Origin: Acidobacteriota bacterium
GTDB taxonomy: Bacteria; Acidobacteriota; Holophagae; Acanthopleuribacterales; Acanthopleuribacteraceae
NCBI GenBank assembly: GCA_002747255.1
Contig: PDUC01000036.1
Location: 16,732-80,731, forward strand
Direction: 5' to 3'
Length of the DNA: 64,000 bases
Shown here: piece by piece, positions 25,069-34,878 of the stretch
Layout of the letters: each line of letters opens with the position of its first letter
How positions within the stretch are numbered: the first letter of the stretch is position 1
Translations under genes and position numbers: made by a program
The notes under the pieces: model-generated
What the model was told of the DNA's origin: nothing
Databases searched by the model: none
Seen by the model: the letters and a program-made list of their open reading frames with translations, nothing else

Positions 25069-26601
25069 ATGAAACCATTTCCGCTCCTGGTAACCTTCCT
25101 CAAAACTTATCAAAAACACGCACTGCTTTCCCTGGTCATCTTGACTGCAGCCGTCCTTATAATCATTTCTGTCGGAGAGATCTCAACGCCTGGAAAAACA
25201 CTGTCGCCTGAGGATTGTCCGCTCACAGCCATTGAGTTTGAAGGCCCGTGGCAGACAGTTGACTTTATCATAAACGGTCGTTCCATCTATCAACCCATTC
25301 AAAAAGAGATACCCATAGAAGAAGACCGTGCTGTTTCTGTCTTTCAATTCATGAGCGAGAACTTTTACACATGGCAAGCTCCTCGGCGTTGTCACTATGA
25401 AAAAAACTACTTGTACGGTCTTGGATATGGAATGTGTGGAAGAGAATCCACAATTTTGACGGCTATTTGGCATCAAGAAGGTATTGCAAGCCGATCCATC
25501 CACTGGCCTCACCATGTTATGGCGGAATGCGACATTAATGGCTCTCCCTCTCTTTTTGATGCCCAGCATGGTCTGGATTTCAATCGGTTGCTTCCAGGTA
25601 GAAGCGGTATCAGGCAATTCCAGGAAAATGCTTTTACGCTCCCCGAGGGATACGACCCCGTTGGTTACAGCTTTGCCTATTTGAGTGAGTTCTATTCGGA
25701 CCGAAACTACGAAATCATAAAAGAGGACAAGGGTCTTGAAACGCCAAAAATTTCTTTAGCTGTAGGTCAAAAGGCCATTCTAAGAAAGAGAAAAAGCCTG
25801 GCATATTTTCCCCTTCCTCTGCCTGATGGGAAAGTAGATGATCGCACACACCTGGTACCCTGCTATGAACTGCATGTTACTTTTAAATTAGTAGATAATG
25901 AAAATATAGAGTTGAATATCGATCTTCCTTTTTTAGGATTTATAGGTTCTGAAGAAATACAACTAACTTATTTCCAAAGCCCTGGAAAAAGAACACAGAA
26001 AACGCTCAATTTAAACGAAGCCAACAGGGAGTTTCACGCAACAGAAGGTCCCTTAAATCTTTCTTTTACAAAAAAGAGTCCTGAAGAGGAATCCTGTACG
26101 GCAGTATTCCTGATGGCTGGATGGCTGGGAGACCGTTTTTTCAACACGTTTTCGCAGGAAAATGAATTCCTGAGTAAAAACACAGGTCCAGGCAGCATTG
26201 TTCTGCATCGCAGTCCGGCAACAGAAAGAGTTTGGATAAGCTCAATCGAGTTACTTACTGAGCCTCGGATTCACAAACCCACTCAAGTGAAGGTGACCGT
26301 TTCCTGGGATAATATTCAACTCGATCAGCCCGCCAGTTTCAATCTTTACCTCGATTCCCTTACATCCAAACTCCCTTGGGATGTCTGGCAGAGGATTTCA
26401 CGATGGACGTGGACATACAGCCCGAAACTTCACGGCATGAAGGGGAGTGAAAGCTTTGATGTATATTGGGTGGTGACGCCTAATGCGGGATTTTACAGAC
26501 CACCACTCATGCGCACACTTTTTGGCCATGTAAAGGGCCCCTTTATCAATTCAGGTCAGACCGGTTTTCAACTGGATTTCACATGTTTAGCCGGGGAATA
26601 A
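25069..26601 (+). CDS. membrane-anchored transglutaminase-like (Cys-His-Asp) domain protein
   Basis: N-terminal TM ALLSLVILTAAVLIIISV. Core motif GMCGRESTILTAIWHQEGIASRSIHWPHHVMAECDINGSPSLFDAQ gives Cys...His...Asp in the spacing of the bacterial transglutaminase-like superfamily. Confidence 0.65.
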   Translation: MKPFPLLVTFLKTYQKHALLSLVILTAAVLIIISVGEISTPGKTLSPEDCPLTAIEFEGPWQTVDFIINGRSIYQPIQKEIPIEEDRAVSVFQFMSENFYTWQAPRRCHYEKNYLYGLGYGMCGRESTILTAIWHQEGIASRSIHWPHHVMAECDINGSPSLFDAQHGLDFNRLLPGRSGIRQFQENAFTLPEGYDPVGYSFAYLSEFYSDRNYEIIKEDKGLETPKISLAVGQKAILRKRKSLAYFPLPLPDGKVDDRTHLVPCYELHVTFKLVDNENIELNIDLPFLGFIGSEEIQLTYFQSPGKRTQKTLNLNEANREFHATEGPLNLSFTKKSPEEESCTAVFLMAGWLGDRFFNTFSQENEFLSKNTGPGSIVLHRSPATERVWISSIELLTEPRIHKPTQVKVTVSWDNIQLDQPASFNLYLDSLTSKLPWDVWQRISRWTWTYSPKLHGMKGSESFDVYWVVTPNAGFYRPPLMRTLFGHVKGPFINSGQTGFQLDFTCLAGE

Positions 26602-26974
26602 AATAGACCCAAACAACTTCTCCGTTATCGAACCCACAACTTGTTTCCAACGACGCTGTAACCCTCCAGACCCAACCACCTTCACCTTTAAAGTATCTAA
26701 GTCGTTGTTATGAATTGCTTTATAAGATATTTTTTTCTGTATTGCTTTTTTCCAGAACATGAATGCAAGAATCCACATGCTAAAAAGCACTTACTTATGC
26801 TAAAGTTCGATGGTTCGCTGGGTGCATATTCCCGGACAGACTTTGTTTTAGTGCAATGCTGAAAAAAACAGGGCCATAGGCACTCATCATTTTGGGCACT
26901 GAAAAACAATTTACGCGTAAGCAACGGTTGTAAAAGGGGCCCTCTGGAAGAAGGAATTGGAATAAGAGGCAAAA

Positions 26975-27826
26975 ATGAGTGATCAACTTTTCTCCGTTGG
27001 GGATTTTCTGTATATTTTATTGAAGCGAAAGGGAATACTGTTCTCAGCCTGGATCCTGCTATTCGCTCTTTTTATGGTTTACGGCTTTGTGGCAAAGAAG
27101 ACATACGAACTCGAAGGCACCTTATCCATAGGTAAATTCAATGAAGAACTGCTGGAGGAAGGTGAATTTGTCGCACAAAAACTTCAGGACTACAGTTTCA
27201 TCAAACAGGCCATGGATGAAGCCGGTGTCAAGCTGGATGTTTCCGTTTCAAAGCTGCAGAAACTGATAAAAACGGAAGTTGTCAACGAAATTAAGAAGAA
27301 CAAGGATGTCGGTCTGGTTCGATTGCGTATCCGCTATAAAGATCCGCAAAAAATTGTCGCCATCTTTAAAGCTCTAACACGGAAAATTATCCACGAGCAC
27401 GAGCTCCTGCTGGCTGAAGCTAAAACAATTCTGGACAAAGAAGAGAAGGAAATAAGGGACCTGATCAACAAAACCATTGAAGCGCAGGAATTGGATGTCA
27501 AGATCTCTAAAGACACCATTCTCAATACAGCTGGAAAAACCGTTCCCTCTCTTTTATTGGCTGAGCACAACTTGTCCTCCAATCGCAATCTCCAGTCCAC
27601 GATGATTACGAGTCTTTACAAAGTGGTTATGAGCAGAGAAGCGATTACAAAATCGGTACCCACACAGCTCTCAGCAGAACCACAGGTTCCCGATGCCCAT
27701 ATTCGACCTGTCTGGATGGTTGTAATTGCCATCGGGATTATGGCCGCCTCCGTTTTCGCCTGTGCCACGGTCATGTTCTTCCACATTTTAGAGGAAGACG
27801 TCAAGCCTCGATTCACCAAAGGTTAA
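26975..27826 (+). CDS. Wzz-like polysaccharide chain-length determinant protein
   Basis: N-terminal Wzz pattern (FLYILLKRKGILFSAWILLFALFMVYGF...YELEGTL), a central coiled coil and a C-terminal TM (VWMVVIAIGIMAASVFACATVMFF). Confidence 0.65.
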   Translation: MSDQLFSVGDFLYILLKRKGILFSAWILLFALFMVYGFVAKKTYELEGTLSIGKFNEELLEEGEFVAQKLQDYSFIKQAMDEAGVKLDVSVSKLQKLIKTEVVNEIKKNKDVGLVRLRIRYKDPQKIVAIFKALTRKIIHEHELLLAEAKTILDKEEKEIRDLINKTIEAQELDVKISKDTILNTAGKTVPSLLLAEHNLSSNRNLQSTMITSLYKVVMSREAITKSVPTQLSAEPQVPDAHIRPVWMVVIAIGIMAASVFACATVMFFHILEEDVKPRFTKG

Positions 27827-27827
27827 T

Positions 27828-29138
27828 ATGCTTCCCGTTTCACTCATTTTACTGGCCGGACTCGCTTGTTTCGTGAGCTGGAAACTGTTTGGTGACTTTT
27901 TCTCTCCACCGGCTATTTTTATTTTCTTTTGGTGTTTTTCACTGGGCTTCTTTTTCATGGACCTGGTGCAATACAACCCGCTCAGCACAACCTGCCTCCT
28001 TGCCATTGCACTGGGTGGGTTCAGCTTCCTGGCGGGCTGCTTCTTTCCCATGAGCCAACTCATCCTCAAACCGGGTTTACTCAACAATCGTCCGCGCTTT
28101 CACTTATACGACAAAGTGAGATTCGAGAAGGGCATGATGGTTCTCTTCGCTCTGGGTGTCGTTGGTTTTCTCATTCAAGTTTATCACTTGCAAACTCAAA
28201 TCGGGTTTCGCAATTTCCTTACAAACCCGCAGGCCGTAAGAGAGGTGCATTCCAACGTCAAGTACCTGGGTTTCTTCAACATTCTCAATCTCGCCAATTT
28301 CGCTATTGGCTCCATTTACTTTTTCCTATACCGAAAACCAAAAAAATGGGTTGTTTTCATGGTCATTTGGGCCATAATCACCACATTTATTTCAACCGAC
28401 CGCACGCGTTTCTTCTACGCCGTTATATGGAGCTTCTACAATATTTTTTACTTGAGGCACCGCATTGTTCTGAAGATGAAGACTGTCATGCTGGGAGCGG
28501 GAACGCTGGTCCTTCTCATGTTTTTTTTCCTTCTGGTTGCGGTGGTGTACAAGAAACAAGCTTACGATCACAACCAAATCTACATTAATCTGCCCAAGGA
28601 GGTGGGTTTCCTGGCTGATCCCTACATCTATCTCACAGGATCCTATCCGGTTCTGGACGCCTTTCTCGATGATCAGGAACAGGGTGAACCCCTCTGGGGA
28701 AAACACACATTTGAACCTCTCGTCAAGGTCATGGAGGCATTGATACCCAATTTTCAGCGGGCAGAATTGGTGGGCCGCTTCTACCCTGTCCCGCTGGAAC
28801 TCAATGTGGGGACCTTCTTACAGCCGTTTTTCTATGATTTTGGCTGGGCAGGAATAGCTATTATCCCGTTCGCAATCGGATGGTTTTTCTCCTGGGTTTA
28901 TGTGAGGATGAGAAAATCCAAATCGCTTTTCCTGGTTTACACTTCAGGCGTTCTGGCTTTTTGCACCACCATTTCCATTTTCGTCAATCACTGTACTCAA
29001 GCGGCCACCTGGTTTTTTATCATTGTAGGATGGCTTCTTTTCTCTTATGCAAAAGGCAAAGAAGAAACGGATTTAAACCAGTTCAGAGAGGGTATTTATC
29101 CAGACCAAGCCGTTGATACATCGAGTAGTTTTTCCTGA
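27828..29138 (+). CDS. polytopic membrane protein, O-antigen/oligosaccharide repeat-unit polymerase (Wzy)-like
   Basis: About 10-12 predicted TM segments. It starts 2 nt after the Wzz-like gene. There is no other diagnostic motif. Confidence 0.5.
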   Translation: MLPVSLILLAGLACFVSWKLFGDFFSPPAIFIFFWCFSLGFFFMDLVQYNPLSTTCLLAIALGGFSFLAGCFFPMSQLILKPGLLNNRPRFHLYDKVRFEKGMMVLFALGVVGFLIQVYHLQTQIGFRNFLTNPQAVREVHSNVKYLGFFNILNLANFAIGSIYFFLYRKPKKWVVFMVIWAIITTFISTDRTRFFYAVIWSFYNIFYLRHRIVLKMKTVMLGAGTLVLLMFFFLLVAVVYKKQAYDHNQIYINLPKEVGFLADPYIYLTGSYPVLDAFLDDQEQGEPLWGKHTFEPLVKVMEALIPNFQRAELVGRFYPVPLELNVGTFLQPFFYDFGWAGIAIIPFAIGWFFSWVYVRMRKSKSLFLVYTSGVLAFCTTISIFVNHCTQAATWFFIIVGWLLFSYAKGKEETDLNQFREGIYPDQAVDTSSSFS

Positions 29139-29149
29139 GCTGCACGCAA

Positions 29150-29932
29150 CTACCCCGCTAAAGCATCCCAAAACAATTTGACGGCCGATATCGTGACCAC
29201 CGCCACAAGAAGCATGTGGATGAAAGGAGCGCCGTGCTTAATCGCGACCTTGGTGCCAAGCCAGGCTCCGATCATGTTTCCCAGAGCTAAAATAAAACCT
29301 GTTCCCCATTCAACCTGACCGTTTAGCAGGAAAACGACCAGAGCCAGAGGCGTAAAAGCAAAAACAACCAACAGTTTAAGCGCGTTTGCCCTTACCAGGT
29401 CGTATCCTGCACCCAAAACGAGAGCCGCAAGAAGAAAGATACCTACACCTGCCTGAATAAAACCGCCATATAAACCAATCAGGAAGAAGAGAGGGCCCGC
29501 CAGCCACATTGGCAGGCCTTTTTTTTCTGATCCCTCGGTTGGTGCCGATTTTTTCAGCCACTTCTGAGGCTTGGCAATCATAACGATCAACATAACAACC
29601 ATCATTATCCCAATGGTCAGCCGCATGATTTTATCGTTCAGATCAACGGCTATCTGTGCACCGACAATGGCACCAATGACTGCAGGTACCAGGAACCATT
29701 TGCCTTTCTTCGTATCGAGAACACCTTCCCGACAAAAACGACTAACGCCAATCACATTCTGACATAAAATCGCTACGCGGTTTGTTCCATTGGCCGTATT
29801 GGCGGGCAGCCCCAGAAAAATGAGCAAGGGCAGTGTAATCAGTGACCCGCTTCCTGCCAGGGTATTGATAAATCCGGCCGCAATACCAGCCAGTATAAGT
29901 ATAGGATAGAACCACCAATCCATTATTGTCAT
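29150..29932 (-). CDS. TauE/SafE (TSUP) family anion exporter
   Basis: GFINTLAGSGSLITLPLLIFLGLPANTANGTNRV and an internally duplicated 4-TM architecture. Confidence 0.8.
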   Translation of the reverse strand: MTIMDWWFYPILILAGIAAGFINTLAGSGSLITLPLLIFLGLPANTANGTNRVAILCQNVIGVSRFCREGVLDTKKGKWFLVPAVIGAIVGAQIAVDLNDKIMRLTIGIMMVVMLIVMIAKPQKWLKKSAPTEGSEKKGLPMWLAGPLFFLIGLYGGFIQAGVGIFLLAALVLGAGYDLVRANALKLLVVFAFTPLALVVFLLNGQVEWGTGFILALGNMIGAWLGTKVAIKHGAPFIHMLLVAVVTISAVKLFWDALAG

Positions 29933-30227
29933 CCTTCGGTGTCAATCGAAATCAGGAAGAGTGTAACCAGATTGGCAGGAGATTGCGAGCTTTGATTGGC
30001 TTTTCAGCTGGAAAAGTTTAGAATAAAGCCCGTTGATTGGTGAGGTGGTATGGATACGGGCATGGATCACCCATCTATAAATTGATTTTTTTGATACATT
30101 GAAAGTTGGTTTGGCAGCCAGTAAAGTTGTAGAATTACCAAGAGGTTTTGTCATCCTGAAAAGGCAAACTACATGATTTGTAATTTGAGTTGAACACATT
30201 CATTGAGAAGAATACAAGGTTGAAAAA

Positions 30228-31085
30228 GTGAACAATTTCAAAATATCCAAAATATTTTATTTTTCAGATGATTTCTCTCCAGAATTTCTCCGTGCCTTTC
30301 ACAAGAAAATCACATTCCTCAACTATCACAGGTTAACTTGGCTGTCTGTGGTTATTGTCGTCATCCACCTACCCCTTTTGGGTCTTGATTTCTTTCGGAT
30401 TACGTCCACTCAAGGCTGCGAAAAGGAGTTTTCGCAAATGATTTTTTACAGTCATATAGCGATTACATTTATATCGGCATCTTATTTCTGTATTTCAAAA
30501 TATAAAAAGCTGAACTCGGAAAATGAGGTCGCAATATTTAATGAAACGCTTATTTTGTTGGGCTCTTATTTGCTTTTCATCGCTATTATTTTCCTGTCAT
30601 ATGCCGATTTTCTCATGGTAAACAGTATCATTGTCTATATCGCCAGCTTATTCGTTTTTTCTGTTTTTGTGGTGCTGACACATTTTAGTAGTTTGTTCTT
30701 TTTCATTTTTAACACCTTTTTACTTTTTTATCTGCTGCAAACCAATGGTCAGACAGCTTTAATGATGAACCAGAAAATCAATCTGGTTGTGTTTTCTCTT
30801 TTCGCCTGGTTTATTTCGCGCGTCATTTATTACCAGCAGCTGAAAGATTATAAACAACTGACTGATAACAAGAACCTGGTAGAATCCCTGCAAAAAGCGA
30901 AAGAAGATGTGAAAGTGCTTTCAGGATTCCTGCCAATTTGTTCCTATTGTAAAAAAGTCCGGGATGATGAAGGGTACTGGAGTCAGCTTGAGGCCTATAT
31001 CGGCAAACACTCCGAAGCAACATTCAGTCACGGAGTCTGCCCAGCATGCATAGAGAAACATTACAAGCACAAGTCCAGCAGTTAA
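30228..31085 (+). CDS. polytopic membrane sensor-like protein with a C-terminal Cys-rich module
   Basis: GTG start and about 6 TM segments. The C-terminus is LPICSYCKKVRDDEGYWSQLEAYIGKHSEATFSHGVCPACIEKHY (nt ~30916-31070). Confidence 0.7.
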   Translation: MNNFKISKIFYFSDDFSPEFLRAFHKKITFLNYHRLTWLSVVIVVIHLPLLGLDFFRITSTQGCEKEFSQMIFYSHIAITFISASYFCISKYKKLNSENEVAIFNETLILLGSYLLFIAIIFLSYADFLMVNSIIVYIASLFVFSVFVVLTHFSSLFFFIFNTFLLFYLLQTNGQTALMMNQKINLVVFSLFAWFISRVIYYQQLKDYKQLTDNKNLVESLQKAKEDVKVLSGFLPICSYCKKVRDDEGYWSQLEAYIGKHSEATFSHGVCPACIEKHYKHKSSS

Positions 31086-31128
31086 AACCAATACAGTTAA
31101 ACATGGTTTTCTTTTGAGACGGTTAAAA

Positions 31129-31149
31129 CCCGTTTCAAAAGGAAACGGG
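31129..31149 (-). terminator. rho-independent terminator after gspD
   Basis: The minus strand reads CCCGTTTC-CTTTT-GAAACGGG followed by TTTTAACC. It lies 40 nt after the stop at 31190. Confidence 0.6.
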
Positions 31150-31189
31150 ATTACCGGAAAGAGGTGGTTCTCAAAACACCGAAAAGAAA

Positions 31190-33397
31190 TTAATCCAACA
31201 CATAGTCCTTGTACTCTTTCTTGATTTTCTCCATGAACTCCTTGGACACCCTGATGGAATCTTCTTCTGTATCAATTACTTTAGGGGTGATCATGACGAT
31301 GAGCTCATTTCGTGAGCTGCCCTGATTTTTATTCGTAAAAAGGTGCTTCAGAAGAGGTATGCGACCAAGAAGGGGAACAAAAGTTTTTCCACCTGATTCC
31401 TGATCTGAAATCATACCACCCATAACAACTGTCTGCCCATCACGCACAATCATTTCCGTATTGAGATCATTCTGATTGATAGGAGGCGCTGGTATGTCTG
31501 GACTCGCTTCACCTGGACTGGAAACACTAAGCTCTATTTCCATTCTAATGAGCCCATTGGCATTGATATGGGGGGTAACTGTCAAGCTGACACCTGTATT
31601 GCGATACTGTATGCTTGAAGACACGAAAGGTGTTGATGTGCTTGATGACTGCCCGGGATAAGTCGTCCTCGAGTTGGGGATGGGAACATCTTTGCCAATG
31701 GAGATTGAAGCCGGTTTATTATCAATGGCCATCATGTGGGGCTGTTGCAGGATATTGGCAAAACCCTTGGTTTTTGCAGCATCGAGCCTGGCTTTTAAAA
31801 CATCAGTGAAACCCTTGAAAGTGTAGGAAAAGAAGTTACCTCCACCTGAACCACTCAAGAGGCCAAGCGATCGATAACGCTGTTCAGTGCCCCCTTCACC
31901 CAAGCTTTGGCTTTCTTCTGCTCCCAAAGCCAAATCACCGCTCTGGCCAGACCAATCGAATCCAAGGGAAAACGTGTCGTTCAAGTCAACCCTGAACACG
32001 GTCACTTCGAGAAAGACCTGGCGAGGCAGAATATCTATCTTCTCCAATGTCTTCCGAATCTTATGATATTGGTTGGGAGTCGTATGAAAAATCAGAGCAT
32101 TGTTCTCTTCATCAACAATCATGGTTTCTCCGTTTTGGTTTTGTCCGCTTACTGGAGTTGTACCTGGACTCATGCTGCCGCCTTTGTTCGCACGGTTCGT
32201 TCGGTTCATGTTGTTGGCTTTCGCGTTCTGGTTCGGGTTCGTTGTTCGCCTGTTGGAGGCACCCTTACTGCCAGATGAGGCCGCTCTTCCCTGTTGAATA
32301 CCCAAGAGCGAACTCAGGGTGTTGGACAATGTGGCAGCGGTTGTGTTCTGAACATTGTAAATAAATATGGTGGGTTCTTCGAACTGAGCTTCCTGGTCCA
32401 GTTTTTCGAGCCAGAAGGATATTTCATCAAAAACATCCCGGAATGTGCTGATAACCAAAATGGCATTTAACGCTTCGATCGGATGAATGCTGACCTGTTG
32501 TGATTCTGATTCATAGCCGTAAGCAGTCATTATTTCATCGAGTTGAGTTGCCATTTCCGTTGCATCCACAAAAGACAGATTATACAGGACCATCTTCTTG
32601 TTGTAGAGTGCGCTGACATCGAACAAGGGGATGATATCCATGGCTTTCTTGATGAAGTGATTTTTGTCAATAATGATTATTGCGTTGTGTTTCGGCTCTT
32701 CCATCACTCGTGCTGAAGGACTTAAGAATCCCTTTATAATGTTAGACATATCGCTAGCCGTAACATATTTTAAAGGAATAATCTGCATAGCGAGTTCTTC
32801 TTGCAAGAGGTTTTCATTGGGTCGGCTGCCATAGAGCATGTTCAAACCGGGAATGACATCCGCTGAATCCAGAGGAACAATTCGAATGAACCCCGCTTCC
32901 TGAACCCATGTCAAGTCGTGCAACTTGAGAAGTAAATCAAAAAGCTCGGATGTCTTCATTTTCGCTTCGCCCTCAACCATACCAATGGTTATGGTTTGAT
33001 CCTTAACCGAAGGATCGATAATGTAGTTCACTTTCATAATTTGGCAGAGCGTGTGAATGAGATCGTACATTTTCGCTTCTTCGGTGTTAATCTGGGGCGC
33101 CTCAGGGTCCACTTCAAAAGGCAGTTCTTCTTGTCGCTCCAGCACTTTGTCAGGCAGAAAAACGGATTCCCTGATTTCTTCCTGCTTGTGGTCCACAACA
33201 ATCTCTTCTGGAGGAAGCTCTTCTTCTTCCATTTCTTCTATTTTTTCTTCTTCGGGCTTCTCTTCTCTGGAAACCACATTATCCGAAAACTTACCCTTAA
33301 AGGCCTTCTCTAGCAAATCAGGCTTTTTCTCACAGGAGATCAACACCAATAAAGTGATGATAAGAAGTGGGATAGTAGTAATATTTTTCATGGTCAA
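31190..33397 (-). CDS. gspD: type II secretion system secretin GspD (lipoprotein-type)
   Basis: The C-terminal secretin signature is VPLLGRIPLLKHLF...ELIVMITPKVI, preceded by N-domains. The N-terminus LLVLISC is a lipobox. There is an acidic stretch EEKPEEEKIEEMEEEE and an internal N/R/K-rich insert. Confidence 0.9.
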   Translation of the reverse strand: MTMKNITTIPLLIITLLVLISCEKKPDLLEKAFKGKFSDNVVSREEKPEEEKIEEMEEEELPPEEIVVDHKQEEIRESVFLPDKVLERQEELPFEVDPEAPQINTEEAKMYDLIHTLCQIMKVNYIIDPSVKDQTITIGMVEGEAKMKTSELFDLLLKLHDLTWVQEAGFIRIVPLDSADVIPGLNMLYGSRPNENLLQEELAMQIIPLKYVTASDMSNIIKGFLSPSARVMEEPKHNAIIIIDKNHFIKKAMDIIPLFDVSALYNKKMVLYNLSFVDATEMATQLDEIMTAYGYESESQQVSIHPIEALNAILVISTFRDVFDEISFWLEKLDQEAQFEEPTIFIYNVQNTTAATLSNTLSSLLGIQQGRAASSGSKGASNRRTTNPNQNAKANNMNRTNRANKGGSMSPGTTPVSGQNQNGETMIVDEENNALIFHTTPNQYHKIRKTLEKIDILPRQVFLEVTVFRVDLNDTFSLGFDWSGQSGDLALGAEESQSLGEGGTEQRYRSLGLLSGSGGGNFFSYTFKGFTDVLKARLDAAKTKGFANILQQPHMMAIDNKPASISIGKDVPIPNSRTTYPGQSSSTSTPFVSSSIQYRNTGVSLTVTPHINANGLIRMEIELSVSSPGEASPDIPAPPINQNDLNTEMIVRDGQTVVMGGMISDQESGGKTFVPLLGRIPLLKHLFTNKNQGSSRNELIVMITPKVIDTEEDSIRVSKEFMEKIKKEYKDYVLD

Positions 33398-33403
33398 TTC
33401 CTG

Positions 33404-33967
33404 TTAAAAGTCTATTTTTGGTTGTGTTTTATTGGTTTTCTTGATAATTTTTGGCGCGTTCTTTTTCTGTAACTTTGAAACCTTTTTTTTGTTTTGTTTT
33501 ATCGGTGGTTTCTTTTTCTTCTTTCCCTTCGTTTTTCCTTTAACACTTTTCTTTTGTTTTAATGGAGAGTTTGCGGCTAAAGATTTTTTGCTCCCGCCTC
33601 TTTTGTCTTTTTTCTTTTCCTGTTCAAACAATTTAATCGTGTGTTTTTGAACCCCCTGCTTGAGAACCACCTGATCATAGGTAATTTCGTCCACCTGATA
33701 ACCATTGGCCTTTTCACCAGGGGCAAGGTATTTAAAGACGGGCTTTCCCTCCACCCTGAACGAAAGCAGTGCGTATTTCATTTTTCCTAAAATCAGCGTA
33801 CCATCACAAAGAGGCAGATCGACAGGTACAGCCGGTCCTTCATCAACCTCTTCCACTTTTTCTTTCTTTCCCCGGGCGGGATCAAACGGGTTTCTATCCA
33901 GAATCTGGTCCACTAAATTCTGAGATAACAGTTGATTGAAACATAGGCATAATATCAGTATTCTCAT
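33404..33967 (-). CDS. PilP/GspC-like T2SS periplasmic component with a Lys-rich tail
   Basis: RNPFDP motif, then a beta domain (GTLILGKMKYALLSF...YQVDEITYDQVVLKQ). The C-terminal ~70 aa is mostly Lys. Confidence 0.55.
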   Translation of the reverse strand: MRILILCLCFNQLLSQNLVDQILDRNPFDPARGKKEKVEEVDEGPAVPVDLPLCDGTLILGKMKYALLSFRVEGKPVFKYLAPGEKANGYQVDEITYDQVVLKQGVQKHTIKLFEQEKKKDKRGGSKKSLAANSPLKQKKSVKGKTKGKKKKKPPIKQNKKKVSKLQKKNAPKIIKKTNKTQPKIDF

Positions 33968-34878
33968 ATTCTTCCCTTCCCGCGTTTCTTATTGGTATGG
34001 GTTAGAGGACGAGGTTTTTTAGCCAACTCTTTTTTAGTGGGAACGGCTTTCTGGCGGCCTTTCTTTTCTTGCACCTTTGTCTGTTCCTTGTTCTCTCTGT
34101 TCTTCAGCTTGGTCGCTGGTTCTTTTTCCTCTTTCTTGCCGGTTTTGATTGGTTTAACGACGGTCTTTTCGCGGCTTTTTTCTGCCTTGTTTTTAGGGGA
34201 TTCTCCAGGAGTATCGACTTGAGTTACATCAAGAGCCTTTTCTTCCTCTGTTACGGGATCGTTATGTTCTTCACCTTGTTTAACTTGATAAAGCGTCGCT
34301 AAAACACAGGAGCCGCGAACCGTTACCTCTTCATCGGTTTCCTCTTTCTTGTCACGGCGTCTTCTCTTTCTCTTTTTGTTGACATTGATGTTCAAGGTAT
34401 CCACAGCCATGAAGTACTCTTTTTGACTTGTCTCTCCCAGAAAATCAAGAAGATTGACGAGAGGACAGTTGAACCCGAAATAGGCTTTTACCTGCGTGAG
34501 CTCGCTTCCCTTGTAGAGTTCCTTAGACCGCCTTTTGTTGAGTGAATTTAAATTGATATCTGTTTTATCAGCTACTTTGGTGATGTCTTCCTGCAACAAA
34601 AACTGCGCGTCATTTTTGGATTTCATTCTCAGGATACGCTCTTCGGCATCTTCCATGATTTTAGATAAAACCTTCGTCTGCTTGATATAATTTTTGGGAT
34701 TGTCTTTTAACCTTTCCAGTAACACAGTTTGTGCATTCATGGAGGTTTCAATTTGAAATTGAAGATCGAGTTTCTTTTGGGCATAAGCTTCATAAGCCCA
34801 ATTTGCCAGGTAAATAATCAGGACCACAATCATGAACTTGATGATTTTCCCTTCTCTCTTACTAAACTTCCTACTCAT
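33964..34878 (-). CDS. GspM/PilO-like bitopic T2SS component with a Lys/Arg-rich tail
   Basis: N-terminal TM IIKFMIVVLIIYLANWAY, a coiled coil, then KKRKRRRRDKKEE and a ~90-aa Lys-rich C-terminus. Its position in the operon fits this role. Confidence 0.5.
   Translation of the reverse strand: MSRKFSKREGKIIKFMIVVLIIYLANWAYEAYAQKKLDLQFQIETSMNAQTVLLERLKDNPKNYIKQTKVLSKIMEDAEERILRMKSKNDAQFLLQEDITKVADKTDINLNSLNKRRSKELYKGSELTQVKAYFGFNCPLVNLLDFLGETSQKEYFMAVDTLNINVNKKRKRRRRDKKEETDEEVTVRGSCVLATLYQVKQGEEHNDPVTEEEKALDVTQVDTPGESPKNKAEKSREKTVVKPIKTGKKEEKEPATKLKNRENKEQTKVQEKKGRQKAVPTKKELAKKPRPLTHTNKKRGKGRI

Noticed and set aside
29973-29986. Sigma-54-like sequence TGGCAG-GAGA-TTGC on the plus strand upstream of the 30228 gene.
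   Set aside because: The GG-to-GC spacing is one nucleotide short of the invariant -24/-12 spacing, and the site is about 240 nt from the start codon.
33420-34260. Long pyrimidine/purine-biased, repeat-looking DNA (runs of TTTTCTTT/CTTTTT), considered as a tandem repeat or CRISPR-like array.
   Set aside because: It is the antisense of Lys/Glu-rich coding sequence (AAA/AAG/GAA codons) in the GspC-like and GspM-like genes. There is no regular repeat-spacer periodicity.
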